Source of the DNA: Candidatus Caldarchaeum sp.
GTDB taxonomy: Archaea; Thermoproteota; Nitrososphaeria_A; Caldarchaeales; Caldarchaeaceae
DNA: 64,000 nucleotides
NCBI GenBank assembly: GCA_038885755.1
Contig: JAVZZH010000001.1
Location: 544,558-608,557, forward strand
Reading direction: 5' to 3'
Every line of letters begins with the position of its first letter. The stretch's first letter is position 1. Positions 63,274-64,000 of this stretch are shown here, one piece after another. The notes beneath the pieces are model-generated. The model worked only from the letters and a program-made list of their open reading frames with translations. It was not told the origin of the DNA and searched no databases. The translations under genes and the position numbers were made by a program.

Positions 63274-64000
63274 ATGCTGTCTGAAGAGCGTCAATTCATC
63301 CTGCAGACAGCTGAGAAGGTCGGCCGGCGGGTTGGGCGGAGGTACTGGCTGTCCTGCGCCCGTGATAAAAGACCTCCCGAGCTGCTTTGGTCGGAGCTGA
63401 AGGGTTCGGGTCTGACGGCTGCCGGTGTGAACCTCGCCCGTGGGCAGGAGTCCGGTTTGATTGAAGCCGTGCTGGTCCAAGAGGGCCTTGCTAGGGCGGG
63501 CATCCCGCTCCTCCAGTTTCTGACAACGCATCTGTCTAGAACGATTGTTTTGAGGCATGGTTCGGCCTCGCAGTTCAAGACGTTTGTGGAGCCCACATGC
63601 CTAGATGGTAGGAAGATAAGCCTCTGTCTCACCGAGGCTGAAGCCGGGTCGGATACATGGAGGATAAGGACTTTCGCCGAGAGACGAGGCGGCAGCTACG
63701 TCCTGTCCGGGCAGAAGACGTTCATCACAGGAGCACGGGAGTCAGATTTCATGCTCGTGGTAGCAAGGACGAGAAAGTACGACGAGGTTACCGTGAAGAG
63801 GGAGGGGATCTCGTTGTTCTTGTTCGAAACTGGGTCGAGCGGGGTTAGCTTCGAGCCGTTGAACATAGAGCTCTACTCCCCCGAGACTCAGTACACGGTC
63901 TATTTCGACGAGCTTCAGCTTGGCGAGGAGAACTTGGTGGGGATGGAGGGCCGGGGAGCCGACTACCTTTTCGACGGGCTTAACGTTGAAAGAATCTTGA
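63274..64000 (+). CDS. Acyl-CoA dehydrogenase, 3'-truncated by the window edge (not in ORF track)
   Basis: Translated by hand as MLSEERQFI...'LCLTEAEAGSD', 'LSGQKTFIT', 'LNVERI'. Confidence 0.9.
   Translation, partial: MLSEERQFILQTAEKVGRRVGRRYWLSCARDKRPPELLWSELKGSGLTAAGVNLARGQESGLIEAVLVQEGLARAGIPLLQFLTTHLSRTIVLRHGSASQFKTFVEPTCLDGRKISLCLTEAEAGSDTWRIRTFAERRGGSYVLSGQKTFITGARESDFMLVVARTRKYDEVTVKREGISLFLFETGSSGVSFEPLNIELYSPETQYTVYFDELQLGEENLVGMEGRGADYLFDGLNVERIL

Noticed and set aside
1-64000. CRISPR arrays, IS elements, proviral genes, rRNA genes, Sec/Pyl read-through
   Set aside because: By eye I saw no repeat-spacer periodicity, transposase/integrase/capsid motifs, rRNA-sized gaps or in-frame stops inside conserved domains.

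Overview
This is a gene-dense, mostly core-genome archaeal chromosome segment. PolD small subunit DP1, a short L15e and otherwise crenarchaeal-like housekeeping genes suggest a Caldarchaeales (Aigarchaeota)/Thaumarchaeota-type lineage; this is inference, and no search was run. It carries translation, transcription and RNA-processing clusters: ribosomal proteins S13, L15e, S3Ae, S15, S6e, S24e, S27ae, L24e, S28e and L7Ae, plus aIF5B, aIF2-gamma, KEOPS Kae1/Bud32/Pcc1, RNase P Pop5/Rpp30, Rpo7/Spt4/Rpo11/TFS, Csl4, Dph2, GluRS, KsgA and RtcB. Metabolic genes include the archaeal mevalonate genes mvk-ipk-fni, a split MetE, TatA/TatC, a molybdenum hydroxylase plus dihydropyrimidinase with an HTH-PRTase regulator, an H+-PPase, LutBC, and copper/Rieske/TrxB redox genes. 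There is also an SftH/Hrq1-like helicase operon and two tRNAs. Four real genes are missing from the ORF track: S27ae, L24e, a YHS protein and an edge-truncated acyl-CoA dehydrogenase. I saw no CRISPR array, transposase, integrase or provirus. The only selfish or spliced elements are a 162-aa mini-intein in aIF5B and a 20-nt non-canonical intron in tRNA-Arg(TCG). I found no clearly new large system. The best leads are a candidate operator-regulator-Mo hydroxylase module, the atypical helicase operon, a His-lined beta-propeller protein, a MetE zinc-site variant and a candidate k-turn over the L7Ae start codon.
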